Positions 19,001 through 38,296 are shown, numbered from the stretch's first letter. The stretch is 64,000 nt of DNA from Dictyostelium discoideum (GCA_000004695.1 CM000152.2:1184001-1248000), one strand, 5' to 3'. Translations and numbers: made by a program. The notes: generated by a model from the letters alone, not told the origin.

Positions 19001-19965
19001 AATGTAACCATCTTACAGAGTTTGGTTTAATTGAATTTGCAAAATCCTCTCAAAACATTTGGATCATTATTGGACCAGTAGTTGGTGGTGTTGTATTTGC
19101 AGCTGCAATGGTTGGTACTGTTGTATTGGTAAAGAGAAAGAAAAACAAAAACAAAAAGAACAAATCAAAGAAAACCAAAGAACAAATCAACAAAGAAAAA
19201 GAAGACAAAAAGAAACAAGCAAAAGAAAAGAAAGAAGCTGATAAATTGGAAAAAGAAAATAAAAAGAAAGAAAAAAAAGACTCCAAAAAACAACAAAATG
19301 ATAATGCTGAAGCCTCAGGATCTGGTGATCTTCCAATACCAAAGAATAAAAAAGATAAATCCTTTGGTGATGAAAATGATGTTCAATATATTCTTCAAGA
19401 GTTTAAAGATATCTTTGCTGAAGCTAAAAAGAGAGAACAACTTAAACTCTTGAAAAATCATCAACCAATTTCACCTGTAACTTCAATTGGTAATGTATCA
19501 AGTACAACTTCAACTCCAATAACTTCTACAATTCAACCAGTTATTGATGAATCTTCAAGTAGTAATAATAATAATGATAACAGTAATACAACAACTACTA
19601 CAACAACTACAACTACTACAACAATAAATGATAGAGATAAAGCAGCCAAGACAATTCAAAAGGCATGGAAAAATTATTGTAGTATCAAACAACTTAAAAA
19701 AGAAGCTGAAGTTGAAGAATTACTTGAAAATATTGGTGAATTGTTATCTGATAATGAAAGAGATCCATTTGAAAATTATCAAACATTAGATACTCAAATC
19801 GATGATGATGAAGATAATGATCAACCACAAGACGATAACAATAATGAATCAAACGAACAAATTGAATCAAATGAAGATATTGAAAATAAAGATGAAGATG
19901 TTGAAAATAAAGATGAAGATGTTGAAAATAAAGATGAAGATGAAGAAGATCAAATCGAAAATTAA
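13002..19965 (+). CDS. Large type-I membrane protein: signal peptide, GT4-like glycosyltransferase, GT2 (GT-A, DxD) glycosyltransferase, IPT/TIG, PKD/REJ-like repeats, GPS motif, one TM helix, Lys-rich tail with an IQ motif. Exons 13002..13062, 13142..13226, 13330..13433, 13514..19965.
   Basis: The main ORF (track 13639..19965) is open upstream to 13474. Three short 5' exons can be joined in frame: 'ATG...MLNFIVLFILFLLCSPSLQI' (a signal peptide; donor A|GTAAGT at 13063; the intron holds 'tactaac'), then 13142..13226 (donor AA|GTAAAT), then 13330..13433 (donor G|GTTAGT), then acceptor tttAG at 13513. Domain motifs: 'FFGRLEQRKGIVLFCDALDQL' (GT-B C-terminal), 'VTICLTHFNRPNFLKQSIESIENQDYKNFEVILVDDGS...FLDDDN' (GT2), 'ITLSSIHPNYGPTSGGSLVSISGSGFN' (IPT/TIG), repeated 'LDASHSKGGNGKALTYDWSV'-type modules, 'CKCNHLTEFGLI' (GPS HL|T site), 'IWIIIGPVVGGVVFAAAMVGTVVLV' (TM) and 'AAKTIQKAWKNY' (IQ). 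Confidence 0.8.
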
Positions 19966-20280
19966 ATATATAAAAAATTTTAAATAAAAATAAAAATAAA
20001 GAAATAATAAAAAAAATATTATTTTTTTAATTTTAAAATAATTTCTTTTTATTTTTATTTTTTTTTTTGATTATTTGTTCGAAAATATAAATTGTTTAAA
20101 TAAAATATCTTTTATTTAATTTTTTTATAAGGAATAATAAAAAAAAAGAACAATAGAAAAAAAAAAAAAAAAAAAAAGTAAAAAAGATTATTAATAATAA
20201 AAAAAGATATAATATAAATGGAGTTACCGGATTTTATTTTGCCAAAGTTGAAATTCTATATTATTAATTTGACTTTTTAC

Positions 20281-20401
<121 letters not shown>

Positions 20402-20492
20402 GTTATTGTTTTTATTTTTATTACTATTAGTAGTATTATTATTATTTATTATTATTATTTATTATTATTATTTATTATTATAAAAATATGAT

Positions 20493-22040
<1,548 letters not shown>

Positions 22041-22108
22041 TATTTATTTAAATTGTTAATGTGTTGAAAATTAAAAAAACTGAAATAAAAAAAAAAAACC
22101 AAAAAAAA

Positions 22109-22139
<31 letters not shown>

Positions 22140-22395
22140 ATAAAAAAAAAAAAAAAAAAAAAATTTATTTATTTTTATTCTTGGTCAGTTCCAAACTTTC
22201 CAGTTACATAAATCCAAACAAAAAAATAAAAAATAAAAAAAAAAATATAAAAAAATAAAAAAAATAAAAAAAAAAAAAATAAAAAAAATAAAAAAATAAT
22301 AAAAAAAAAAAAACAAATAATTAAAAAGTTAAATTAATTTTTAAACATTAAAAGAAATGGTTTATTTTTTCTTTTGCCTTTATTTTTCATTTTTT

Positions 22396-23886
<1,491 letters not shown>

Positions 23887-23983
23887 TATTTGTTGGGGAA
23901 AAAATAAAAAAAAAAACTGAAAAAATAACAATAATAAAAACTAAAAAATTAAATAAAAGAGCAAACGTTTTTTTGAAATTTCT

Positions 23984-24019
<36 letters not shown>

Positions 24020-24251
24020 AAATCCTTTTTTTTTTTTTTTATTTTTTTTTTTTTTTTTTTTATTTTTAAACCGACTTTATCGATAATTTTTTTTTTTATA
24101 TTATTTGTTCTTTCTTTTTTTTTTAAATCCCAATTCAATATAAATTAATTAAATAATTAATTAATTAAATTTTTTTATTTTTTTAATTAAAAAAAAAAAA
24201 TAATATAATAAATAATAATAATAAATTAATAAATAAATAAATTAATAAATA

Positions 24252-25409
24252 ATGTCAATATCATCAAGTGAAATTTTAGATAGTTCAAAAAATTATAATC
24301 CAGACGAAGAAGAAGAAATTGAAGAAAAAAAAGATAATATTATAATGAATCCAGTTATTTCAAAATTAGGTGGTTATGAATTTTTTAGAAATGTATTAAA
24401 ATCACCAAAAAAGACAGTAGCACCAATGGTTGATCATACATTTTTAGCATTTCGTATGTTATGTAGAAAGTATGGTGCAGATATGGTTTATACACCAATG
24501 TTTCATAGTAAGAATTTTGCAACATGTAAAACCTATCGTAGAGATTACTGGTCAACCTGTCCAGAAGACAGACCCTTGGTAGTGCAATTTTGCGGCAACG
24601 AGCCAGAGTGGGTGGTAAAGGCCGCAAAATACATCGAGGATCATTGCGATGCCATAGACTTGAATTTGGGTTGTCCACAGCAAATTGCACGTCGTGGTAA
24701 CTATGGCAGCTTCCTCTTGGACAAGCCTCATATCATTTTACCAATAGTCCAAGAGTTGCACAAACACATCAAGGTGCCAATATTTTGCAAGATCAGGTTA
24801 CTACCAAACCTTGACGATACCATAAAGTTGGCATTGCAATTACAAGAAGCCGGTTGCCAATTATTGACAATCCATGGCAGAACAAAGGAGCAGAAAGGCC
24901 ATAACTCTGGTATCGCAAATTGGAAAGCAATTCGTACAATTAGGGAACAGCTTTCAATACCTGTCATTGCCAATGGCAGTGTTGTACAATACGAGGATAT
25001 CGATAGATGTTTGGAGGAGACCGGTGCCGACGGCGTTATGTCGGCAGAGGGTATCTTGGCCAACCCATCATTCTTTTCTGGTTTAAAAGTACCAATTTAC
25101 CAAGTCGCTCGTGAATACATTGACTTTACAGAAATCTATAAAACTTCAATTCATGTCACTCGTAGTCATATCTTTAAAATGTTAAAAGAGAAACTCGATG
25201 TCTACAGTGATCTCAGAGAAACAATGGGAGCAACACATACCAATGATGGTTTCAGAGATATCATAACCGATTTAGAAACTCGTGAAAAAAATAATTTACC
25301 ACCTGTCAAAATTTTAACAAATAAACAAAAAAGAGAATTAAAACAAAAAGAAAATAATGATATCGATTCTTTAAAAAAACAAAAACTAGATGATAATAAT
25401 AATAATGAA

Positions 25410-25470
<61 letters not shown>

Positions 25471-25559
25471 TAAATGAAAATAATAATAATAATAATAATA
25501 ATACGGAAATTAAAAATGAAGATGAAAAAGAAAAAGTTTTAATAAATAATTCAAATTAA
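24252..25559 (+). CDS. tRNA-dihydrouridine synthase (DUS1-like), single exon.
   Basis: 'ADMVYTPMFHSKNF...CPEDRPLVVQFCGNEPEWVVKAAKYIEDHCDAIDLNLGCPQQIARRGNYGSFLLD...IFCKIRLLPNLDDTIKLALQLQEAGCQLLTIHGRTKEQKG' is near-collinear with the human DUS1L catalytic core. There is an Asn-rich C-terminal tail. Confidence 0.85.
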
Positions 25560-25710
25560 ATTTTAATTTAAATTTTAATACCTATACCAAAAAAACTTTT
25601 TTGCCAAGCGACCAATTTTTTTTTTTTTTTTTTTTTTGACTTTTTTTTTTTTTTTTTTTTTTTATTTGTGATTTGTTTTGATTCATTCCTCAATTTCTTT
25701 TAAAAAAAAA

Positions 25711-26757
25711 ATGAAAGATTATTTACAAATTGTTGCAGAAGAAATTCATTATCCCTCATTTCCAGGACCATATCATGAACTTACAAAAGATGCACAAAGT
25801 AAATATCTTAAAAAATAAAAATGAAATTTAAATTGATTAAAAATCTAATAATTATTTATTTTAAAAATATTAGTTAGAATTGATTTTATTGAAGAAGTTC
25901 AAACTGGTATTAGTTTAAGTTTAGATAAAAAAAAAGGTGGTAATAATTTTTCAGCAGATTGTGGTTTAATGCCAATGTTTTATAGATTAGAAGTTGGTAG
26001 AGATATAAATGATAATCAAAAATTAGGTGCAATTATTCAACCAGAGAAACTTGAACTTAATTATAACTTTTCACCAAGTAAATTATTATTTGGTGGAATT
26101 TTAGGTGGAAAATCATCAAGAATTGGTGGTGACATTTATGTTGGTGTACCAATGACACCTCAAATTAATTTTGAAAAATTGGTTAAAAAAATATCAACAG
26201 TTGGTACAATTACACATGAAACTAATAAAACATCAACTGAATTCAAAGTATCAAGGATCTATATGGGAGATATTGATCATCGTTTGGCAGGATTGACATT
26301 TTGTTATGGATTAAAACCATCACTATCATTAGGATTTGAATTGTATTGTAAATTCATTCAAGGTAGTGGTGCATCGATTGGAGGTGCCTCACTTGGCGCT
26401 AGACATCGTGGTAGAGCAATGGGTATTCAATATGATTTAGCAGGTACTTGTAATATTTTTGGTGATCTTCAATTAACAAGTTCAATTGGTATCATACCAA
26501 ATAGATTATCTTTTTCAACTAGGTTCAATTTAAATACAAGTAATATCATTAGTAATATACAATTTGGTACTCGTATAAATGGTAATCCTATAATTGGTAA
26601 TCATGAAATTCCAATTTGTCTTAAACTTCGTACTGATACTAATTTTGAAAATGCAATTGCTTTAGATATTGATACTCCTTTCACTAGTATTAGTATTGGT
26701 TGTTTTGGTAAAAAATTAGATTTATTTAAAAATTATGGTATTAATTTTTCATTTTAA
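25711..26757 (+). CDS. Mitochondrial outer-membrane beta-barrel protein, most likely Tom40. Exons 25711..25798 and 25874..26757.
   Basis: Exon 1 is 'MKDYLQIVAEEIHYPSFPGPYHELTKDAQ' (compare the Tom40 N-terminal 'NPGTFEEL' motif) with donor A|GTAAAT at 25799 (phase 1) and acceptor tatTAG at 25873. Exon 2 is a Gly/Ser-rich sequence of about 295 aa with alternating hydrophobic residues. The product ends 'KNYGINFSF', a beta-signal-like Po-x-G-x-x-Hy-x-Hy. The porin-versus-Tom40 assignment was not resolved. Confidence 0.6.
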
Positions 26758-27911
26758 TCAATAAAAAAATAATAAAAATAATAAAAAAAAAAAAAAAAAA
26801 AAATAATAATAATAATAATAATAATAGTTTATATTTATATTTAAAATAATAACACCTTTTTTTATTATTTATTTTTTTTTATTTTTATTTTTTTTTTAAA
26901 AAACACTTTTTTCTAAACTTTTCAAAAATGTATTAAAGTAATTTAAAAAAAATTTTTTAATTGTCATAAATATAACTCATATTATCTTTAAAAAATTTAG
27001 TAAACAGATTTGAGTGAATATTCTTTGACACTTTTGATGTGGTTTATTTAAATCTCATTTTAATATGATAAAAAAAATAAAAAAAATAAAAATTATAAAA
27101 TTTATTAATAAATATTTATTATTATTTATTATAATTTGCATTTACCCCTTTTATCAATAAATTTGTAATTATAGTAAAAAAAAAAAATAAATAAAAAAAA
27201 AAAAACAATCTGATTTAAATCAAATTATTATAATAATAAAAAAATATAAAAATCAGTTTCATAAAAAATATGTAAACTAAAATCTATTAATTTTTTAATA
27301 ACCAATCATTAAATATTAGAATTAAATTAATTATATTAATAATAATAATAACAACTATTTATATAAATTTAGAGATTTGAAACAATGATTGGTTTTTTTT
27401 TTTTTTTTCAAAAATAAAATATATTTTAATAATAATATTTTATTACATTGAAATTAAAAAAAAAAAAAAAAAAAAACAATGAAAATTAAATATTATTATA
27501 ATATTATTATTTATTTAATAATAAATAAACCTCATATTCAATAATTCTTAATACTATATATCCTAATCTATCTTTGGTATGGACTTCAAAAAATCTTTTT
27601 TTAAAATGACCATAGGAAGATTCTACAATAAAATTATTTATTTATTTTTAAAAATGCATGATATTTCTCGTTTAGTTTGCAAAAGCAAATAAAAAAAAAA
27701 TAACAATTTATTTGAAAGTGAATTTTAGGTGTGGGTGTTTCATACATTTTTGTATGCATATGTTGACAAAATAGAAATAATTTTTATTTTAATTTTAGTT
27801 TTTTAAATTATTTTATTTTTTTATTTTTTATTTTAATTTTAATAATATTTCGAAAATAGCATCATCTTCTGAAACTGTTTCAAATAATTATTTATTATTG
27901 TATTTTTATTT

Positions 27912-27944
<33 letters not shown>

Positions 27945-29733
27945 TTTATTTTATTTTATTTTTTATTTTATTTTTTTTTTTTTTATTTTATTTTTATTTT
28001 TTATTTTTATTTTTATTTTTTTTGACATGGTTTGTCATGTTTGCGCATTTTTGATAATAAAAAAAAAAAAAAATCTTAAGTTTTTCAAATAAAAATAAAG
28101 ATTTTTTTTTTTTATTTTTTTTTTATTTTTTTTTATTTTTTTTTTTATTTTTTTTTTTTATTTTTTTTTTTGGCAGTATAAATTTTTTTATTTATTTTTT
28201 ATTTCCAATTAAAAAAAAAACAAAAAAAAAAAAAAAAACTTTATAGCCTTTAAAGTATGTACATGATTTGATTATCTTTTTTTATTTATTTTTTTTTTTC
28301 ATTTTTTATTTTTTTTAGATTATTTTTATTGTTAAAACTTCTTAAAAATAAGCAACCAACAAGGTGTTTGCACACACATGCCCCATTATTTTTTGTGAAA
28401 ATGAAACAACAACGGTTTCTTTTCCTAATTTGGTTGTTTTTTTTTTTTAAATTTTTTTTTTTATTTTTTTTTTTTTAAAATTTTTTTTTTTAAAATTTTT
28501 TTTTTTTAATGTTTTTATTTTTTTATTTTTGTTAAAAATTTTTGTCTTAGCCAGCACCCCAACAATATTCATTTTCATTCCAAAGGTTTATTAATAAAAT
28601 AAAAAAAATAAATAAATAAAAATAATAATAAAAATTTATAATTAAAGTAACTAAAAAATAAAAAAATAAATAATAAAACATAAAAAAATAAATAATAATA
28701 ATAAAATTTCAAAAATCAAAAGAAAATCAAAAAAAAAAAACAAAATAATTATATTTTTTCAAGTAAGAGAATAAATTATTGTTAATATCAATATTTCACC
28801 AAAGCTTTCTTTAATTAGCAGCTTTGATTTTTTTTTTTTTCTTTTTTTTTTTTTTATTTTTTATTTTTTTTTTTTTTTATTATCAATTGCAGATACACAA
28901 TAAAAACATAACCACCACCACTACTACCACTACCACTACCAAAATCAAATACATTTACATCATATATTATCAAATTCAGATTGTTGGAAAAACTCACAAA
29001 AAAAAAATCAAAATTATCATTTTCTTCTTGGGGGTTTGTTAAATTTATTTTTTATTTTTATTTTTTTTTTTTTTTACTTTTATTTGCTTACTTGTGTGGT
29101 ATTGTGTTGAATTCAACACATCAAAAGCGTTTATCATAATGCCACACTAAATTTAGTGGCAATAAAAATAAATATCCATGATTGCAACAGTAATAAAAAA
29201 AGGAAAAATAAAAAAAAATAAACCACTTTTTTTTTTTATTTTTTATTTTTTTTTATTATTTTTTTTTTTTTTTGCCCATTATTAGATATAAAAAAAATTA
29301 ATAAAATTAATAAAATTAAAAAAAAAAAAAAAAAAAAAAATGGGGGTGGATAGTTTAATTTGATATATCAAATTTGACAATCGCCCCCACTTCATTAAAA
29401 AAAAAAAAAATAATAATAATTTTTTCTACCCCCTCCTCACACGCACTTTATTGTTTTTTTTTTCAATAATTATATTTTTAATTTAATTTAATTTAATTTT
29501 TATTTTTATTTTTTTTATTTTCATTTTTTTTATTATTATTTTTTTCTTTATTAATTGAGTTTTTTTTTTTTTTTATTTTTTTAATTTCATTTGATTTCAT
29601 ACTTTTTATTATTATAAATTTTTTTTTTAGATTCTCTCTAACATTTTTTTTTAATTAAATTTTCAAAAACAAATAAATAAAATATTAATACAAAAAGTAG
29701 TAAAAAACTTTCAAACAACATCAAAAATAAAAA

Positions 29734-30120
29734 ATGAACTCTTTCTTTGGTAAGTTATAATATTAAATTTTTTTTTTTTTTTATAATTATACTAATTAAT
29801 ATATATATATATATATATATTTTTTTTTTTTTTCTTCTTCTCTCATTTAAAATAGACCTTTTCAAATCACCATCAAAAAATACCAAAACTGGTTTATCAA
29901 GTTCAATGGACTCAATAACTGAACCAAAATCAAATATGTCTTCACCATCTTTAAATTCATCCACATCAAGTTTATCTTCACCATCTTTAAATTCATCTCC
30001 ATCATTAAGCTCATCAACTGATGGTGCTTTCATAATGAGAACAACATCTTCTCCATCAATTGATATTCCAAATAGAGAATCCTCTTACTTTAGAATGCTC
30101 CAAGTTGTTGAAGCTGGTTC

Positions 30121-30127
<7 letters not shown>
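29734..30127 (+). CDS. Small Ser-rich protein of about 120 aa, function unknown. Exons 29734..29749 and 29856..30127.
   Basis: The 16-nt first exon 'ATGAACTCTTTCTTTG' is followed by a GTAAGT donor. The acceptor aatAG at 29855 joins in frame: 'MNSFF-D-LFKSPSKNTKTGLSS...RMLQVVEAGSF'. No recognisable domain. Confidence 0.4.
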
Positions 30128-30172
<45 letters not shown>

Positions 30173-30578
30173 AACTTTGTACATATCGAAGAAAATAATA
30201 ATAATAATAATAACTTTACCAATTCAATTTTTTGTTGTAAATATTTCATAAAACAAAAACAAAAAGACAAAAAAAAAAAAATAATAATAATCATAATAAT
30301 TAAGCAAGAGGTATAAGTAAATTCTTGTATTTCTTGAAAAATGTGCATTTTTTTTATTGTAAATAATTAATATCAAACAATACATCCAATGATAAGGGAT
30401 TTATAATTTCTATCGCTTGTAAATAATTTTTTAAAAATAAAAAATAAAAAAAAAAATAAAAAAATAAAAAAATAAAAAAATAAAAAAAAAATAAACAATA
30501 CTCCCATCAAACGTACTTTAAAACTTCTTTTTCTTTTTTTTTTTTTTTTTTTATTTTTTTATTTTATCGTTTTAATTT

Positions 30579-30626
<48 letters not shown>

Positions 30627-30677
30627 TCGGGGTGATTTAATTTCATTTTTTTATTTTTTTCATTATGTTTTTCAAAA

Positions 30678-33558
<2,881 letters not shown>

Positions 33559-33951
33559 AATATTCTAAATAAAGTAAAAATGGAAAAAATAAATTTTAAA
33601 ATTTCACATCTTTTTTTTTTTTTTTTTTTTTTTCCTTTTTTTATTTTTTTATTTTTTTATTTTTTTTTTATTTTTTTATTTTTTTATTTATTTTTTTATT
33701 TTTTTATTTTTTTTTTGATGAAACAATACAACACCATATGGGTTGATATTGTCACATTTTTTTTTTTTTTTTGTAAAACACCACTTCAATTTTTTTTAAA
33801 TTTTTTTTTTAATTTAATTTTTTAATTAATTTTTTTTTTTTTTTTTAATTTTTTAATTTTTTTTTTTTTTTTTTATTATTATTATTATTATTTTTTTTGT
33901 AATAAATTATTTATTTATTTTATTTATTTAAATTCACTCATTAATATTCAA

Positions 33952-33998
<47 letters not shown>

Positions 33999-34242
33999 TA
34001 ATATTTTAATATTTTAATATTAAAATATTTATATATATATACAACACTTAGCACAAAAAAAGTAATTTTTTTTTTTTTTTTTACACCCATACGCAAAACA
34101 TCCATATATAAAAACAAACATATATTTATTTTTAATTAACACACTCATACACCACTTAAATTATTTGATTTTTTTATTTTTATTTTTATTTTTATTTTTA
34201 TTTTTTATTTTTTTATTATTGTTTTTTTTATTTTGTTTTTTT

Positions 34243-34274
<32 letters not shown>

Positions 34275-34804
34275 CCTTTCTATCCAATATCAAAAAATTT
34301 ATAATAATTAAAATAATTATAATAATAATTTAATCACAAATATTAATATATAATAATAAAAATAATAAAAATAATAATTATTATAAAAATAGCCATAATC
34401 AATACCCAAAAAAAAAAAAATAAAAATAAAAATAAAAAAAAACAAAATAAAATAAAATAAAATAAATACATATAAAAATAATAGTAATAAAATCAATCAT
34501 TAATTATTCTTTTTTTATTTTTTTTTTCACATATTTTTTCTTTAAGCTTCCAATAATAATAATAATATTAACCACCTAATTTTTTTAATTTTTAATATTT
34601 TTTTTTTTCAAAAAAATAAAAAATAAAAAATAATAATAACATAATCAAATAATACACAAATATCAATAATAGAAATTTTAAAACAATTTCCTATTATTTA
34701 TTTTTTTTTATAAATTTCTTTAAAGTAAATTCTTATGTAATAATTCTTTTATTATTTTGAATAATTTTTTTTTTTTTTTATTTCTGTTTATAATTTAGAA
34801 TCTA

Positions 34805-34837
<33 letters not shown>

Positions 34838-34918
34838 AAAGAAAAGAAAATAAAATAAAAACACCTAAATATATTTGTAAACATATACATATATATATAT
34901 ATATATAAATTTTTTGAA

Positions 34919-34954
34919 ATGAAAACATCAAAGGATAGTAGTAATAGCAATTCA

Positions 34955-35009
<55 letters not shown>

Positions 35010-35825
35010 GTTTAAATGGAACATACTCATCAAAATCATTATCACCACCAACATCACCAAAACAAATGAGTGGAAATAGTATAATAAGTAATAGTACTGG
35101 CAATTTAAGTAGTGGCAGTGGTAGTGGTAGTAGTAGTGGTGGAAATAAAAAATTTATAAATAGATCATTCAATACATTTATTGATTTTATAAAGAAACCA
35201 GCAAGAAGGAATTCAAAAGCACATAATACACCTCCACCTTATCCTGAAGTTGATACTGGTTTTGGATATTTTTTAGAATTAGATAGTAAACCACCAAAAC
35301 CATTTGATGAAAAGGATGATCCCATACATAATAGTACTGGTTCAACTGATAGCTGGGAAGGTGATTTAAATTCAAGTGGTGGTGGTGGTAAACAACCCCA
35401 ACAAACACAACAACAATCAAGTGGTGAAAATTTAAATAATTCTTCAGATAGAAATAACAACAGTAATGAAAATAATCAAATAGTGGACGATAATAGTAAT
35501 GTATTTAATAAAGGAGTGGTTGTACAAACAGTTCCAATGACAGAGATTGGCTTGTTTCCAGTATCTTTAATGATGGCACAACAAAGGGCTGAACATCCAA
35601 TTAATGTTGAAGATATTGAATCGGATGTCCAAACTTGTTCAATACCAAATAGTAAACCATTATATAGTTCATTAGGTTGTTCAACAAACTCTTCAAATTC
35701 TGGTTCTTCAATTTCCGCTCCAAATATTACTTTCCAATCTTTTGGAATTTCCCCTGTAAATAACAACAACAATAATAATAATAATAGTAATAATAATAGT
35801 AATAGTAATAGTAATAGTAATAGTA

Positions 35826-35906
<81 letters not shown>

Positions 35907-36792
35907 GTACTGTAAATAGTAATAATAGTAGTTTAAATAATAGCCCAAGATATCTTAATTCTTCTTCATCTCCGAGATCTATGCAACATCTATCTTCTAA
36001 AATTACAACTACTACCACCACAACAACTACTACTACCACCACAACTTCTGATGATAATAATGGTAATACTAATAATAATATAAGTAATAATAATAATATC
36101 ATTAATAATAGCAATAATAATAGTAATAGTAATAATAATAACAATAATAATATTAATAATACAAATCATAAATTTAAAACAATGGAAAAATATTTTTCAT
36201 CAAAAGAAAATTTCCCAATACCATTTCCAAAGTTAAAAGATGAATTAGGTGTAATAATTGAAAATTCAAGTAATAAAGGATATGTTGGAGGAAATAAAGG
36301 TAGTGAAGATAGAAGAAAAAAGATTGAACAAAAAAAGAAACAAGTACCAGCACCAGAAATGAAAGCAACCAAAGAGAAATTTATAGAAACCATTACTGAT
36401 CCAACCACTTTAAATTCATTTAGATCATTCATGGAGAATACACAAAGTAATGAAAATTTAGAATTCTTTTTAGAGGTTAAACGATTTAATACAATACAAG
36501 ATCAAGTCTTATTAAAACATACTTGTGATGACATTTGGAGAAGATTCTTTGATGATCTTGCAGTTACACAATTATGTGTTGAATCATCACTTAAAAAATT
36601 AATTAATAATCGTAGAGAGAATCCAACTCATTCAATGTTTAATGAGGTTTTAGATCTTTTATTAGATGATATTGTTTGTGATGCTTTTAGAAATTATATA
36701 TCATCACCTTTTAATCCAGAATGGAAAAGTGAATTTAAAAAGAAATTTACAAATAATACATATAGTACAACAACTCAACCAATTAATAATTT

Positions 36793-36824
<32 letters not shown>

Positions 36825-38296
36825 GTTCTACTCCTCCCAATAATTATAGTAGTAGTCCAATAAAACAAAGTAATATAAATAACAATAATAATAATGCTAG
36901 CAGTAGTAATATTGCAAGCAGTAGTAATGTAAATAATAATAATAATAATAGTAATGGTAGTAACACTAGTAGTTCACATCATAGAGAAAGATTAGATAAT
37001 ATAAAAGGAAATAGAGAAAGAGTAGATAGTAATGGTAAAGAAAGATCAATTGATAATAAAGATATTTTATCATTATTAGAAAGTAATTTAAGTAACCATA
37101 GTAATAGTAGTTCAAATAGTAATGGAAAAGATAAAGATAAAGACAAAGATAAAAATGAAAACACTACTGACAATTCAAATAATAATAATAATTCAAATAA
37201 TAATTTAAATAATTTAATTATAAAAAATAATTTTAATAATATTCTTCAATCACCACAAATTGTATCAAAAATTAATGAAATTTTTAAAGATTCAAATAAT
37301 TCACAATTATCAATTTCAATAACATTAGATAATGATGAAGATCCAACAATATTTCATTTGGATGAAAGTGATATGGAAAGTTTAATTGAGGAGGTTGTAA
37401 AGGATAATATATCAGTTCATACAGAGATTAGTTATAGTGATGTTTCAATTCATAAATGGATTGCTTCGGGTTCATCTGGTAGAGTTTATAATGGACAATA
37501 TAAAGGTAAGGATGTTGCAATCAAAGTACTTGGTCCTGAAGTTTGTGTACATTTCGATTTGAATGAATTCAAGAGAGAAGTTGCTTTAATGTCAATTTTT
37601 AAACATGATAATTTAGCAAGGTGTTTGGGTGCTGGTCAATATGATGACAAATATTTTCATTTGACAGAGTATTGTCACAATGGTTCTTTGTTTAGTTATT
37701 TAAGGGATCAGCGTAATAATATTAGTTTTGGTCAAAGATTACATTTTGCATTGGGTATTGCAAGAGGAATGCGTTATCTTCATTCAATGTCAATCATTCA
37801 TAGGGATTTGAAATCAATGAATATCCTATTGACAAAGAGATTAAAAATAAAGATTGTAGATTTTGGTACCTCTAGAGTAGCAAATAAATATAATATGACA
37901 ACCCATGTTGGCACCCAAGCTTGGATGGCTCCTGAGATTTTCACTTCAAGAACCTATACGAATAAAGTTGACGTTTATTCATATGCAATCATTTTATTTG
38001 AAATTTTCACTAGAAAATCTGCATACGATGAAAATGCAAATATTAACATTCCAAATATGGTGATGAAAGGTGAAAGACCAGAACTTCCAAAAGATATGCA
38101 AACTTCAATTTCAAATATAATTAAAAAATGTTGGCAACAAAAACCTTCAAATAGACCTTCATTCATTAAAATAGTTGCATATTTAGAAAGTATAATTTAT
38201 CCATCAGTTTCAAATAGTTTAGGTTTAGTTGCCTCAACTTCTTTCTCTTCTTCTGCACTTTGGTCTGGTCAAATTTTAGCACAGCCAAAAAATTAA
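34919..38296 (+). CDS. rckA: RGS-domain-containing Ser/Thr protein kinase (TKL group), single 1125-aa ORF.
   Basis: The RGS domain is 'FRSFMENTQSNENLEFFLEVKRFN...WRRFF'. The C-terminal kinase shows 'GSSGRVYNGQYKGKDVAIKVL', 'HRDLKSMNILL', 'DFGTSR' and 'GTQAWMAPE'. The N-terminal half is long Asn/Ser-rich low complexity. Length and architecture match the Dictyostelium RGS-kinase RckA as I remember it; this was not verified. Confidence 0.75.

Noticed and set aside
25874-25880. A second acceptor 'ttAG' at 25876-25877 for Tom40 intron 1.
   Set aside because: Using it gives an in-frame TAA after 12 codons. The first AG (25872-25873) gives a continuous frame into the beta-barrel ORF.
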